From Nannocystis pusilla (GTDB taxonomy: Bacteria; Myxococcota_A; Polyangia; Nannocystales; Nannocystaceae): a DNA stretch of 64,000 nucleotides. The translations under genes and the position numbers were made by a program. The stretch lies in assembly GCF_049337375.1 (NCBI RefSeq), contig NZ_JBMPIV010000001.1; one strand, written 5' to 3'. Shown here in pieces: positions 40,887 through 50,916 of this stretch (its first letter is position 1; the number at the start of each line of letters is the position of its first letter). Under the pieces are notes generated by a model. It had not been told where the DNA came from and made no database searches. It saw only the letters and a list, made by a program, of their open reading frames with translations.

Positions 40887-41900
40887 GACTATCCTTTTCA
40901 CGGGCAGCTCTGCTGCCGTTTCCAAATTCTGCTCGACGGAGGGCCGTGTCGGCGAAAATCGGCCCTTCGCGGTTCGAGCTCGCGGGCGGAGGTTACGCTC
41001 CGTGATCGCGAGGCGTCAAGACAATTTCGGGGAACGAAGATTAATTAAACGATGCATTCGTGGCTGTGGAATGCGCGACCCAGCGCGCGGAGGGCCAGGA
41101 GAACCGCGCTGCGCCGGGTCGCGCGATTCGAAGCGAGTCCCGCACTGCCATGCAGGAAATGATGCGTGTTCTATTCGCGACCCGGTGCTGCGATGTAACC
41201 CGGAGTGCGCAGAGGGCAAGAGGAGCGGCGGAAAGTGGCGATTCCGATCGGCGACTGATTCGCAGCGCCGGTGAAATGCACATGGTCGGCGGCGCCGCGG
41301 GAGAGTTCGGAAAAGGCGTGACGGCGGTCTGCGGCGATTCCCGCGCCGCGCAAACCCGCACGCGGCCCGCGGGCAGGCAATGGCCATTATCGTCGCGCGG
41401 CAATGCACCGTCCGTGGAATGCGACGGCGCGGGCCCGCGCTGTCGCATCGCTGCGCAACGCCGCGCCAGGGCGCGTGAGCACCGGCAGTACGCTGTTCCC
41501 GCGGCGGTCGCGATCTCCTTTATTAAGGTCGCGGGCAGGTGCGACGAGACGCGGGCGCGGGCGAGCCGGGCGCGGGTCCGCAAGTCGGCCGGAGGGCCGG
41601 GTGCGCATTTGCGAGGCCGACGCGACGGGCGCCCCGCCGATGGGCCCGCGGGCCGGGCGCGTGGTCGAGGGCCGCTGCGGCGCGGCGAGTGCGGGCGCAC
41701 GGACCCGGAGGGCGAGGTCGACAGGCTATCATTGCAATCGGGCAAGGGCCGCCGACCTCGACCGCGAGGCCCCATTGGCAATGGGCGGATCGCGGCCGGC
41801 GAGGAATGCGTCATCGCTGCGATGGGGGCGCGGCGCGAGGCCGATTGCGGGGAGCGGCCGAACGCCGCACGGTACGGCGTTCGGCAGGAAGGACGGGCGA
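40887..41900. other. About 1 kb non-coding leader/promoter region upstream of the encapsulin-MIB operon, with lower GC, short direct repeats and palindromes
   Basis: Only Arg-rich spurious ORFs are found here. Features: an AT-rich core (aagattaattaaacgatgcattcg), GGAATGCG x3, the palindrome CCATTGgCAATGG, and a terminator-like hairpin GCCGAACGCCGcacggtaCGGCGTTCGGC at 41858-41887, just downstream of the gene ending at 41901. Confidence 0.35.
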
Positions 41901-43562
41901 TCAGCGGACCATCAGCCAGCGGGCGGCGCCGGGCTTGTGACAGTCGTGGACGGGGTTGACCGCGTCGAGGGTGTTGGGGTCGGTGGCGAAGGTGTCGGCG
42001 GAGGGGCTGACGACCGCGGCGCCCTTCCACGGGTAGTTGACGAGGCCGCAGCCGTACTGGTTCTGGGCGACCTCGTCGATGTGCCAGGCGCCGGCGCAGC
42101 CCTCGGAGGTGCCGACGTGCCAGGTGCAGATGGTCTTGTTCTGCACGAAGTTGCCCTTGAGGCGGGCCTCCTTGTAGAGCACCTGCGACCAATTGAAGCA
42201 GCTGTTCGGTCCGCCTTGACCGTTGAACAGGTTGCCGGCAGCGGTCAGCAGGTAGTCCTCGCCGCGGCAGTCGATGCGCATGTCGGTCGAGAGGTCGCGC
42301 AGGGCGGTCATCTGCGCCTTGGACAGGCGATGGCGGGCGTTGGCAGGGTCGGCGGCGTTGACGGGGAGGTCGTTGTAGAGCGCCTTGCCGATGGTCTGGG
42401 CGCCGAGCGGGCTGCGCTCGAGCAGGGTCCAGCCGCCGCCGGCGGTGACCATGTCGCAGAAGACGGAGTAGCCGGCCTGGCCACCGACGCCGTCGGGATC
42501 GACGACGTAGACGCCGCTCGGGAGCATCGGGACGACCGCTTGCAGGTCCTCGCAGGTGGTGGGGACGGTGCAGGCGCTGCTGCAGCCGTCGCCGTCGATG
42601 TCGTTGCCGTCGTCGCACTGCTCGACGCCGGTGTGGATGACGCCGTCGCCGCAGGTGGCGGCCTTGCAATCGGCGAGGCAGGCGTCATTGTCGTCGGCGT
42701 CGGCGTCGTCGCATTCCTCGACGCCGGCCTGCACCTCGCCGTCGCCGCAAATGGCGGCCTTGCAATCGGCGAGGCAGGCGTCGCTGTCGTCGGCGTTGCC
42801 GTCGTCGCACTGCTCGACGCCGTCCTGGACGTGGCCGTCGCCGCAGCTGGCGGTATGGCAGGTGGAGAGGCAAGCGTCGCCGTCGTCGGGGTTGCCGTCG
42901 TCGCACTGTTCGACGCCGGCCTGGACGTGGCCGTCGCCGCAACTGGCCGCGAGACAGGTGGAGAGGCATGCGTCGGTGTCGTCGGCGTCGGCGTCGTCGC
43001 AGGCCTCGCCGTTCTGGACCGCTCCGTCGCCGCAGGTGGCGAGGGCGCAGGTGTTGCTGCAAGCGTCGTCGTCGACGTCGTTGGCGTCGTCGCAGGCCTC
43101 GACTCCGGCGTGGACGAGGCCGTCGCCGCACACGGCCTCGGCGCAAGCGAGGGTGCAGTTGCCGTCGTCGGCGTTGCCCGGGCCGTCGTCGCAGGCCTCG
43201 CCGTCGTCGACCTCGCCGTCGCCGCAGAAGGGGGCGGGGCCGGTGCTGGTGGCGTCGGTGGTGGTGGTGGTGTCGCCGTCGGTCGTGGTGGTGGTGGTGT
43301 CGCCGTCGGTCGTGGTGGTGGTGGTGGTGGTGTCGCCGTCGGTCGCCACGGTCGCGCTGTCGGTGCCGACCGTCGAGGTGCCGCTCGTGGTCGGCGCGCC
43401 GGTGGTCGGCGCCGGTTCGCTCGTGCTGTCACCGCTGCTCGTCGCCTGCGTCTCCATGCCGGTCGCGTCCGTCTCGCTGGCCGCGACGCCGCTGTCCCCA
43501 CACGCCGCCGCGGCCATCGCCGCCGCGAATGCACCCCTGCTCGCCCATACACACAGTTTCAT
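41901..43562 (-). CDS. Lipoprotein with a Thr-rich linker, 8 tandem 'Myxococcus cysteine-rich repeats' (TIGR02232-like, CGDGxVxxGEECDDGN) and a C-terminal fibrinogen-related domain
   Basis: The start is [28 protein letters not shown] at 43562. Repeats such as [24 protein letters not shown] occur 8 times. The C-terminus has [17 protein letters not shown], a fibrinogen C-domain motif. Confidence 0.7.
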   Translation of the reverse strand: MKLCVWASRGAFAAAMAAAACGDSGVAASETDATGMETQATSSGDSTSEPAPTTGAPTTSGTSTVGTDSATVATDGDTTTTTTTTDGDTTTTTTDGDTTTTTDATSTGPAPFCGDGEVDDGEACDDGPGNADDGNCTLACAEAVCGDGLVHAGVEACDDANDVDDDACSNTCALATCGDGAVQNGEACDDADADDTDACLSTCLAASCGDGHVQAGVEQCDDGNPDDGDACLSTCHTASCGDGHVQDGVEQCDDGNADDSDACLADCKAAICGDGEVQAGVEECDDADADDNDACLADCKAATCGDGVIHTGVEQCDDGNDIDGDGCSSACTVPTTCEDLQAVVPMLPSGVYVVDPDGVGGQAGYSVFCDMVTAGGGWTLLERSPLGAQTIGKALYNDLPVNAADPANARHRLSKAQMTALRDLSTDMRIDCRGEDYLLTAAGNLFNGQGGPNSCFNWSQVLYKEARLKGNFVQNKTICTWHVGTSEGCAGAWHIDEVAQNQYGCGLVNYPWKGAAVVSPSADTFATDPNTLDAVNPVHDCHKPGAARWLMVR

Positions 43563-43741
43563 GGCGGCATGGTACGCGAGCGGATCGCCGGCGGGCGAGC
43601 GTCGGGGATCGCAGAGGCCGGCGGCCCCGACGCGGCGGCGAGTCGATCCACGTGGTGCATGCGGCTGCACGGTGACGTCGCGGCGGTGTGGGCCGCGCGA
43701 CCACTCGCGAGGGCGCGCGCGGGGGCGACGCGGCGCGGAAT

Positions 43742-43755
43742 CGGGACATGTCCTG
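43742..43755. repeat. GGRCATGYCC palindrome copy (CGGGACATGTCCTG)
   Basis: Read directly, between the SDR gene's 3' end and the next gene's start. Confidence 0.7.
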
Positions 43756-43778
43756 CTGTCGAGGCATGAAGTCGGCGC

Positions 43779-44549
43779 TCACCAGGGAGTCTCGCCGCTC
43801 GCTTCCACGAACCGGCCGGAGACGGCGTCGGGGCCGCGCAGCACGTGCTCGACCGGCAACCTCGCGCCTTGCTCGGCGGTCAGGAAACCATTGTGCCCGG
43901 TCAAGTCGGTCTTGACGTAGCCCGGGCTCACCGAGGTCACGACGATCGGCGTGCCGCGCAGCTCCTGGGCGAGCTGGACGGTGAGCATGTTGAGGGCCGC
44001 CTTGGAGGCGTTATAGCCGATCAGTCGCGCCGAATAATAGGGCGACTTCGGATCGCCGTTGAGGGTGAGCGAACCGAGGGAGCTGGACAAATTGACGATC
44101 CGCGCAGCCGGCGAATTTCGCAGCAGAGGGAGCATCGCCTGCGTCACCGCCAGGGTGCCGACGAAGTTGGTGTTCATGATCCTGCGGACGGCCGCGGGCG
44201 AGGCGGCGCCGGGCGGACCGTCCTCGGCGTCGACGATGCCGGCGTTGTTGACGAGGATGTCGAGCCGACCGTGCTCGGCGGTGATCGATGCGGCAGCGGC
44301 CGCGATGCTCGCCTCGTCGTCGAGGTCGATCCGGACCGCCTGTGCTGCCAATCCCTGGCGCGCCAGATCGGCGACCGCTGCGCTCGCCCGGCCGCGATCG
44401 CGAGCGCCGAGGATGACGAAGACGCCGGCTTGGGCGAGCTGGCGGGCGATCTCGAGGCCGATGCCCTTGTTCGCGCCGGTGACGAGCGCGACGCGCGTCG
44501 TCGTTCGCTGCGGATGGATTGTGTCGTTCCCAGGAATCTCGTCGGTCAT
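43779..44549 (-). CDS. SDR family oxidoreductase
   Basis: ALVTGANKGIGLEIA (TGxxxGIG), NNAG and YxxxK (YNASK). The start was set at MTDEIPG. It is divergent from the LysR gene. Confidence 0.75.
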   Translation of the reverse strand: MTDEIPGNDTIHPQRTTTRVALVTGANKGIGLEIARQLAQAGVFVILGARDRGRASAAVADLARQGLAAQAVRIDLDDEASIAAAAASITAEHGRLDILVNNAGIVDAEDGPPGAASPAAVRRIMNTNFVGTLAVTQAMLPLLRNSPAARIVNLSSSLGSLTLNGDPKSPYYSARLIGYNASKAALNMLTVQLAQELRGTPIVVTSVSPGYVKTDLTGHNGFLTAEQGARLPVEHVLRGPDAVSGRFVEASGETPW

Positions 44550-44642
44550 GGGCGGAGTTCTAGGGCGCTGCGACGTGACGACCAAGGCCGATCGGCGCAC
44601 GACTCTGTTGCTTGCCGGTCAACAATCGCCGAGACTCGCGCG

Positions 44643-45578
44643 ATGGATCCGCTCAGCGAGATCGGCGTGTTCGTCCGCGTGGTCGAGAAGCGGAGCTTCA
44701 CGCTCGCGGCCCGGGCGATGGGCCTCACCGCGTCCGGTGTCAGCCGTGCGATCGCGCGGCTCGAGGGGCGCCTGGGCGTTCGACTGCTGGAGCGGACGAC
44801 CCGCAGCGTCGGGCTCACCGCGGACGGGGCCGTCTACTACGAGCGCTGCACTCGCATCCTCCGCGAGCTCGAGGAGGCCGACAGGGCCGTCGCCAGCACC
44901 CGCAGCGCCCCCCGCGGGAGGCTCCGCGTCGACGCCCCCTCGATGTTCGGGAGCTACGTGCTCGGCCCGGCGATCGGGCGCTTCCTCGCGGCGTACCCCG
45001 AGCTCTCCGTCGATCTCAGCCTCCGCGATCATCTCGTCGATCCCATCGCCGAGGGGATCGACGTCGTGCTGCGAATGGCGAAGCTGCGCGAGAGCGAGCT
45101 CGTGCACAAGCACCTGGGGACGATGCCGCTGGTGATCGTCGGCACGCCGGACTACTTCGCGCGCCGCGGTCGGCCGGCCTCCGTCGAGGAGCTCCGAGGG
45201 CATGACACGCTGGGCTTCCTGGTCGGCTCGATGCCCCTTCCGTGGAAGCTCCGGCACGAGGACGGCGATGTCGCGCTCGTGCCGACGGGACGGTTCTACT
45301 CGAACGGTATCGGGGCGATCCTCGAAGCGGCGCGCGCGGGCCAGGGCATCGTTCAGGTGTTCGAGCACGTGGTGCGCGAGGACCTCGCTCGCGGCACGTT
45401 CGAAAGGGTCCTGCGACCCGAGCTGCAGCAAGAGGTGCCGGTCGCCGCCCTCTTCGCGAAGGAGAAGGCGCAGCTCCCGAAGGTGCGCGTCTTCCTCGAA
45501 TTCATGGCCGAGCTGATGCGTGCGACCGTGAAGCGCGCGGGCCCGGCGAGGCGGCGCGAAGGGGGGCGGCGGTCGTAG
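44643..45578 (+). CDS. LysR family transcriptional regulator
   Basis: The N-terminal wHTH is FTLAARAMGLTASGVSRAIARLEGRLGVRLLERTTR, with a C-terminal LysR substrate-binding domain. ATG at 44643. Confidence 0.85.
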   Translation: MDPLSEIGVFVRVVEKRSFTLAARAMGLTASGVSRAIARLEGRLGVRLLERTTRSVGLTADGAVYYERCTRILRELEEADRAVASTRSAPRGRLRVDAPSMFGSYVLGPAIGRFLAAYPELSVDLSLRDHLVDPIAEGIDVVLRMAKLRESELVHKHLGTMPLVIVGTPDYFARRGRPASVEELRGHDTLGFLVGSMPLPWKLRHEDGDVALVPTGRFYSNGIGAILEAARAGQGIVQVFEHVVREDLARGTFERVLRPELQQEVPVAALFAKEKAQLPKVRVFLEFMAELMRATVKRAGPARRREGGRRS

Positions 45579-45590
45579 GGGGGCTTGGGG

Positions 45591-46529
45591 TCAGCCGGGG
45601 ACGATGAAGCAATTGATGCTGGTGTCGATGCGGAAGTTCGACTGCGTGGTGTGACGCTCGGCGTGGAAGATGTCCATCGAGTAGGTGCCGTTCAGCTGGA
45701 TGCCGAAGTAGCCGGCGTTGCTGTCGATGTCGATGGTCTCGCTGAGGGCGCCGTGGACGCCGCCGAGGTCGATGGCGAGCTTGCCGTTGATGAACAGCCA
45801 CAGATCGTCGTCACCGGTGAAGGTGAAGACCTCGCCGCCCGAATAGGTGAACTCGGTGTGGATCTCGGTGGTGAAGTGGAAATTGTGGTTGTTGCCCTGG
45901 TTGCCCCAGCCCTGATCGTCGATCGGGAAGAAGTCGTTGTTCTGGTAGGTGTATTGCCCGGGCGACACCTCGGTCAGCATGATCTCGATCTCGAACGATT
46001 GATTGACGTCGGCGATGTCGTTGTACCACTGGGCGAACTCCGCGGGGCCGGTGGTGACCGAGGTGCCGCCGGCGTGGGCGTAGACCGGCTTCTTGTCGGG
46101 GCCGAGGTCGGCCTGGACGATGCCGTCGACGGTGCCGCCGAAGCTCTCGAAGTCGGGGTGGCTCTCCTTGAAGTCGCGCACGGTGGCCTTGAGCAGGGAG
46201 ACGCACTCCGGCGGCCGCTCGCCGGTGGTGGTGGTGGTGGTCTCCGTGGTGGTGGTCGTCGTCGTGCCGGGCTCGGTGGTGGTGGTGGTGGTCGAGGGAT
46301 CGACGGGGCCGGTGGTGGGCTCGGCGGTGGTGGGCTCGGCGGTGGTCGCCGCGGTGCCCGGCTCGGTGGTGCCGGGGTCGGTGGTGCCGGGGTCGGTGGT
46401 GCCGGGCTCGGTGGTGCCGGCGCTCAGGCTGGTGATGGTGGTCGCGTCGGTGGCAGTGCTGCCTTGCACGGCCCCGGAGTCGCCGCAGGCGGAGGCGGTG
46501 AGGACGAGGGCGGAGAGGGTGAAGCTGTA
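45591..46529 (-). CDS. Fibro-slime domain lipoprotein (PA14-like) with a Thr/Pro-rich linker
   Basis: The start is MRHVFKYSFTLSALVLTASACGDSG, ATG at 46529. The C-terminal domain has GDDDLWLFINGKLAIDLGGVHG, the fibro-slime signature. Confidence 0.7.
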   Translation of the reverse strand, partial: YSFTLSALVLTASACGDSGAVQGSTATDATTITSLSAGTTEPGTTDPGTTDPGTTEPGTAATTAEPTTAEPTTGPVDPSTTTTTTEPGTTTTTTTETTTTTTGERPPECVSLLKATVRDFKESHPDFESFGGTVDGIVQADLGPDKKPVYAHAGGTSVTTGPAEFAQWYNDIADVNQSFEIEIMLTEVSPGQYTYQNNDFFPIDDQGWGNQGNNHNFHFTTEIHTEFTYSGGEVFTFTGDDDLWLFINGKLAIDLGGVHGALSETIDIDSNAGYFGIQLNGTYSMDIFHAERHTTQSNFRIDTSINCFIVPG

Positions 46530-46788
46530 CTTGAAGACATGTCGCATGGGACTCCCGCGCGGGCTGGGCCGGTCTACGTTCTCATACCACGCGAGGCGCC
46601 GCGCGGCGCCCGGGGATGCCCGGGCGGGGCTCGCCCCGGTCGGCCCGAGAGCCACGCGGCGCCCCTAGCGACGCGCGCGGTGTCGGGCCGACCGGTGAGC
46701 CGGAAATCGGGGGGTGACTGCGCCCGGTGCTGCGCGCGCCGGCCCGAAAAAGGGCCTGGGCGCGGCCGTGGGAGGCTTCGGGGCGTGC

Positions 46789-46811
46789 GGATGTCCTTCG
46801 AGACATGCCCG
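46789..46811. repeat. Degenerate GGRCATGYCC-family pair (GGATGTCCttcgaGACATGCCC) in a divergent promoter region
   Basis: Read directly. Confidence 0.5.
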
Positions 46812-46856
46812 CCGCCGGTGGACACGGCGCAGCAGGGGCACTAGCCTTCGCAGCCG

Positions 46857-47858
46857 ATGTTCGCTCGCGCGCTTCAGCTCGTCACCCTCGCGTCGCTCGT
46901 CACCTCGGGGCTCGCCTGCGTGAGCCACTCGTCGACGCCGATGACGGGCCGGGTGGAGGTGCCGCTGTCGGAGCGGCGGATCGGGCAGTACATCTCGTCG
47001 GGGTGGTCGTTCGATACGTCGAGCTTCTGGATCGAAGGGCCCGAGGGAGTGGTGGTGATCGATGTGCAGTTCCTGCCGTCGGTCGCGGCGGAGGTCATCG
47101 CGGCGGCCGAGCGCGTGACCCGTAAGAAGGTGGTGGCGGCGATCGTGCTGCACGCGAACCCCGACAAGTTCAACGGCACCGCGACGTTCCAGGCCCGCGG
47201 GATCGAGGTGTGGACCGCCGAGCAGGTGCTGGCGCGGATCCCCGAGGTGTTTGCGAAGCGCACGGAGGCGTTCGCCGAGCGCTACGCGCCCGACTGGCCG
47301 ACGTCGGTGCCGCAGCCGCGCAGCTTCGGCGCGGCGACGACGACGCTGAAGCTGGCCGGCCTCGAGCTGAAGGCGCACGTGCTCGGGCCGGGCTGCAGCC
47401 CGGCCCACGTGGTGATCCAGTGGGAAGACCACGTGTTCGTCGGCGACCTGGTGGCCAACAAGGCCCACGCGTGGCTCGAGATCGGCGAGCCCGAGGCGTG
47501 GCTGCAGCGGCTGGCGGAGATCGAGGCGATGCAGCCGAAGCACGTGCACCCGGGCCGCGGCCGCTCGGGCGGGCCGGAGCTGGTGGCGGATCAGCGCGAG
47601 TACCTGCAGACGGTGCTGTCGCTGGTGGCGGCCGAGAAGCCGACGCTGCCGCCCGATCCGGCCGCGGTGCTGCGGGTCCGCGCGGCGCTCGAGCGCCGCT
47701 ACGAGGGCTATCGCTTCCCGGTGTTCCTCGAGATCGGACTGCCGGCGGTGTGGCGCCGAATGGCGTCGGGGAACGCGACGGAGAGCGCGCCGGAGGGGCC
47801 GGCGGAGGTGCCGGGCGAGGAGCAATCGGCGGGGCCCGGCCCGACGTCGCGGCCGTAG
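46857..47858 (+). CDS. Lipoprotein with a probable MBL-fold metallo-hydrolase domain
   Basis: MFARALQLVTLASLVTSGLAC is a signal peptide with lipobox. There is a VLHANPDKF-type metal-binding region and a later His/Asp. The family assignment is tentative. Confidence 0.5.
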   Translation: MFARALQLVTLASLVTSGLACVSHSSTPMTGRVEVPLSERRIGQYISSGWSFDTSSFWIEGPEGVVVIDVQFLPSVAAEVIAAAERVTRKKVVAAIVLHANPDKFNGTATFQARGIEVWTAEQVLARIPEVFAKRTEAFAERYAPDWPTSVPQPRSFGAATTTLKLAGLELKAHVLGPGCSPAHVVIQWEDHVFVGDLVANKAHAWLEIGEPEAWLQRLAEIEAMQPKHVHPGRGRSGGPELVADQREYLQTVLSLVAAEKPTLPPDPAAVLRVRAALERRYEGYRFPVFLEIGLPAVWRRMASGNATESAPEGPAEVPGEEQSAGPGPTSRP

Positions 47859-47861
47859 CGG

Positions 47862-48190
47862 ACGGCGAAGCGCGGAGGTCCGACCGGCGGGGTCGAATCC
47901 GACGTCGCAGCCGTGGCGGACGTCGAAGCTCGGAGCGATCGATCAGCAGGGTCGAAGCCGACGTCGCAGCGGTCGCGGACGGCGAAGTTCGGAGGTCCAA
48001 CCGGCCGTGGTCGTAGCCGACGTCGCAGCCGTGGTGGACGTCGAGCTCGGGCCGATGGAGGCTCAGCCGGCGCGAGCCCGACGCCGCAGCCGTAGCGGAC
48101 GTCGGAGCTCGGGCCGATGGAGGCTCAGCCGGCGGGGTCGAAACCGACGTCGCAGCCGTAGCGGACGTCGAGCTTGGCGGCAGGGTCGGC
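47862..48190. repeat. GC-rich tandem minisatellite, about 5.5 copies of a roughly 60-bp unit, each containing two CGACGTCG palindromes; the last copies encode the C-terminus of the downstream vWA gene
   Basis: Read directly: units of the form CGGACGkCGAAGCkCGGAG..GGGTCGAAnCCGACGTCGCAGCCGTrG are repeated head-to-tail from the MBL gene stop to 48190. Confidence 0.75.
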
Positions 48191-49384
48191 CTGCACCTGG
48201 GCGCAGGCGTCGGGGCAGAGGATGACCGTGGCGTTCTCGATGTAGAAGGCGTCGGCCTCGCAGGCGGCGAGATCGACGACCTGATGGAATGCCTTGACCG
48301 GCGGGACGCCGCCGACCTGGTAGTCGATCTCGATGGTGTTCGGATCGATGGTGCCCATCGGCGGCTCGGGGATCGGGAAGGAGCAGGCGATCGGGGTGGT
48401 CATGACGACGTCCTTGGCGATCTCCTGGAAGAGGACGTCGAAGGCATCGGTCTGCGACAGCGGGAAGCGCCAGCCACCGCTGATGACGCTGACGCGCTGG
48501 ATCGAGTCGCCCTCGCCCTGCAGCGGGTCGCCCGGCAACCACGGGGCGTCGGGCGGGTTGTTGGCGCCCATGGTGATGATGGTGTGGAAGACGTAGTCGC
48601 GCGCGCCGGGGGTGCCGAAGTGCGGCGGGTCGAGGGCGAGCAGGGCGGCGTCGAAGGCGTCGCCGTCGGCGTCGGTGTTCGAGGCGCTGGTGCCGTCGGT
48701 CATGGCGAGGATGACCTTGCGCGTGCCGTCGCGCAGGAAGTCGCGGTAGCCGTTGGGGGCGAGGCCGTGCGGATCGGGGGCGGTGTACCAGGCGAGGATG
48801 CTGGCGAGGAAGCCGCCCGAGCCGGTGATGCCGTCGTAGTGCTTGTAGCGCTCGGTGACCGCGGGGACGGCGGGCGGCGGGTTGCAGTCGGTGCCGGACA
48901 GCGGGGCGCTGATGCAGATGTCGAGCTGCTCGCCGGGCGGGTAGTCGCCCATGACGATGACGCGGTAGTCGACGTTGCTGGCGCCGAGGATGGCGGCAAA
49001 GTCGTTGTTGATGCTGGTCTCGACGGCGGCGATCGCCGCCTGCATGGAATTGGAGGTGTCGACGACGACGACGATGTCGACGCCGATCGACTGGACCTGC
49101 GGCTCCAACATCTGGGCGGCGCACTCGCCGGTGGTGGCCATCTCGCCCTGATCCGGCTGAGCGCCGAGGTCGAGCTTGGGCAGGCCCGAGGTGGAGGTGG
49201 TGGAGGTGGTCGGCTCGCCGGTGGTGGTGCCGTCGGTGACGGCGCCGTCGGTGGGGTCGACGGTCGAGGTCGGGCCGGGACCGCTGGTGGTCAGGGTGGC
49301 GTTCGCGGTGTCCTGGGGCCGCCCGCTGTCGCCGCAGGCTGCCAGCAAGGGGGCACACAGGAGGAGCGCTTCGAGGCGAGACAT
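48125..49384 (-). CDS. von Willebrand factor type A (vWA) domain lipoprotein
   Basis: The start is MSRLEALLLCAPLLAACGD. The MIDAS motif DIVVVVDTSNSM is present. A Thr-rich linker follows the signal peptide. Confidence 0.7.
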   Translation of the reverse strand: MSRLEALLLCAPLLAACGDSGRPQDTANATLTTSGPGPTSTVDPTDGAVTDGTTTGEPTTSTTSTSGLPKLDLGAQPDQGEMATTGECAAQMLEPQVQSIGVDIVVVVDTSNSMQAAIAAVETSINNDFAAILGASNVDYRVIVMGDYPPGEQLDICISAPLSGTDCNPPPAVPAVTERYKHYDGITGSGGFLASILAWYTAPDPHGLAPNGYRDFLRDGTRKVILAMTDGTSASNTDADGDAFDAALLALDPPHFGTPGARDYVFHTIITMGANNPPDAPWLPGDPLQGEGDSIQRVSVISGGWRFPLSQTDAFDVLFQEIAKDVVMTTPIACSFPIPEPPMGTIDPNTIEIDYQVGGVPPVKAFHQVVDLAACEADAFYIENATVILCPDACAQVQADPAAKLDVRYGCDVGFDPAG

Positions 49385-49589
49385 CGCGCGATGGTACTGC
49401 ATGACAGGGACGGCGGCAGCGCGCGCGAGGCTGCGCGCCACGGCCGGCGATCGCGGATGGTCCGGTTCCCGATGAGATGGCCGATGGGACAGGTGCGAGC
49501 GCGGCGAGGATGAGCGGTGCCCGGATGTCGGCGACGATGCCCCTCGCTTCGACGAGAGGTGCTGCGTGGGAGCCCGCCTCGGCGCGCGG

Positions 49590-50057
49590 CTATGCCGGCG
49601 GCGGGAACACTTTGGACTCGTCGACCTCGGTGCATGTCGCGTACCCGAGGTCCTGCCCGCTCGCGTACTCCTGGACGCGACGCGCGCGTTCGACCTCGCA
49701 CGCCTCCACGGTCTCCGCGCACATCCAGTTGTTACTGAAGCCCTGGGTGCAGTAGATGGTCGAGGTCGGGTGGCAAGCGCCGAGCAGACCTTGCCCGGCC
49801 TCTTGCCAGGTGTCGAGCAAGCCGGCGCAGGTGTCCGGGGTCCCCTGGCAGCGGGAGGTCTCGGTCCCGAGCGGCGTGACGCCGCCGAAACAGAAGTACG
49901 GGCCCGCTTGCGGGTGAATCAGGTACTCACCGCGAAAGATCGGCCGACCGTCCGGCCCTCGTACGATCGGCGGCGGGAGGAAGCAACCCGGCCCGGACGC
50001 GATCGCCAGAGCGAATGGCAAGACAAGGCCGAGCCCGCGTGAAGATGCGTGTTTCAT
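49590..50057 (-). CDS. Small secreted Cys-rich protein
   Basis: MKHASSRGLGLVLPFALAIASGPGC is a signal peptide. The 155-aa protein has 12 Cys. Confidence 0.5.
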   Translation of the reverse strand: MKHASSRGLGLVLPFALAIASGPGCFLPPPIVRGPDGRPIFRGEYLIHPQAGPYFCFGGVTPLGTETSRCQGTPDTCAGLLDTWQEAGQGLLGACHPTSTIYCTQGFSNNWMCAETVEACEVERARRVQEYASGQDLGYATCTEVDESKVFPPPA

Positions 50058-50146
50058 ACGTCACTTTCAAAACATGCGAGTCTGCAGGAGGCAGATCGCG
50101 GGTGGAGGTCGAAAGGTCCACACACGGCTCCGGGCCGCCGCTCCGG

Positions 50147-50863
50147 TCATTCCGGGTAGCAGAGGCCGCGGCTCGTCGGGGCGCCGCCTTCGCAGGTGCA
50201 CGCCTCGCCGACGCATTCGAGGTCGCCGCCCTGGCAGGCGCACTTCTGGCCGGCGTCGCAGTTCGCCTGCTTGCCGAGCTTGTCGGCGCAGTCGCCCTCG
50301 CTGTCGCAGCAGACCGGGCCCCGGCAGGTGCCGGCGTCGTCGCCGGAGCCGACGCAGACGAGGCCCGCGGCGCAGATGTCGGAGCCGGAGCACTCCCATT
50401 CGCCGCTCGTCATGCCGCAGGTGCAGGGGTCGCCGAATCCGCCGGCGGTGGGGCCTCCGGTGTCGGTGGGGCCGTCCGATTCGCTGGACCCGCCCGGCGG
50501 GTTCTCGCTCACGCACGCGTCGAGCTCGTCCTCGCCGGCGGTGCAGGGCAGCGCCTCGATGCATCGAATGGCGGCCTCGGTGAGCGAATCGGCGCAGATG
50601 TTGCCGCAGAGCTGCGAGACCATGGCCTCGGGCACGTCGCACGCGGTCGCGTGCGCCTCGCAGCGCGACGTGCAGTCGGCCTGCGGGATCGGCTCGTCGC
50701 CAGTGCCGCTGCCCGGGCCCGGGTTCGTGGCCCCGCCGGTGCCCGGGCTCGCGGTGCTGGCGTCGCCGCCGCTGTCGCCGCAGGCCGCCGACGCCAGGGC
50801 GACGGCGAACCCGAGGTAGATTGTCTTCACGTGGGCGCTCCTGAGATGCTCCAGATATCGCAT
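50147..50863 (-). CDS. Cys-rich lipoprotein
   Basis: The start is MRYLEH...IYLGFAVALASAACGDSG, or alternatively GTG at about 50829. There are many paired Cys. Confidence 0.5.
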   Translation of the reverse strand: MRYLEHLRSAHVKTIYLGFAVALASAACGDSGGDASTASPGTGGATNPGPGSGTGDEPIPQADCTSRCEAHATACDVPEAMVSQLCGNICADSLTEAAIRCIEALPCTAGEDELDACVSENPPGGSSESDGPTDTGGPTAGGFGDPCTCGMTSGEWECSGSDICAAGLVCVGSGDDAGTCRGPVCCDSEGDCADKLGKQANCDAGQKCACQGGDLECVGEACTCEGGAPTSRGLCYPE

Positions 50864-50916
50864 GGGTACTCGATCGGTCGAAAAAGGAAGAAGCACGTAT
50901 GGGCCGCCAGCGCGAG

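Noticed and set aside
46521-46530. Recurrent 'M-(x)-R-H-V' / 'ATG TCG AT' beginnings of several genes (27224, 46529, 39409, 40886) as a shared leader-peptide signal
   Set aside because: These are most simply explained by the ubiquity of the GACATGTC core, which can contain a start codon. There is no extended similarity among the proteins.
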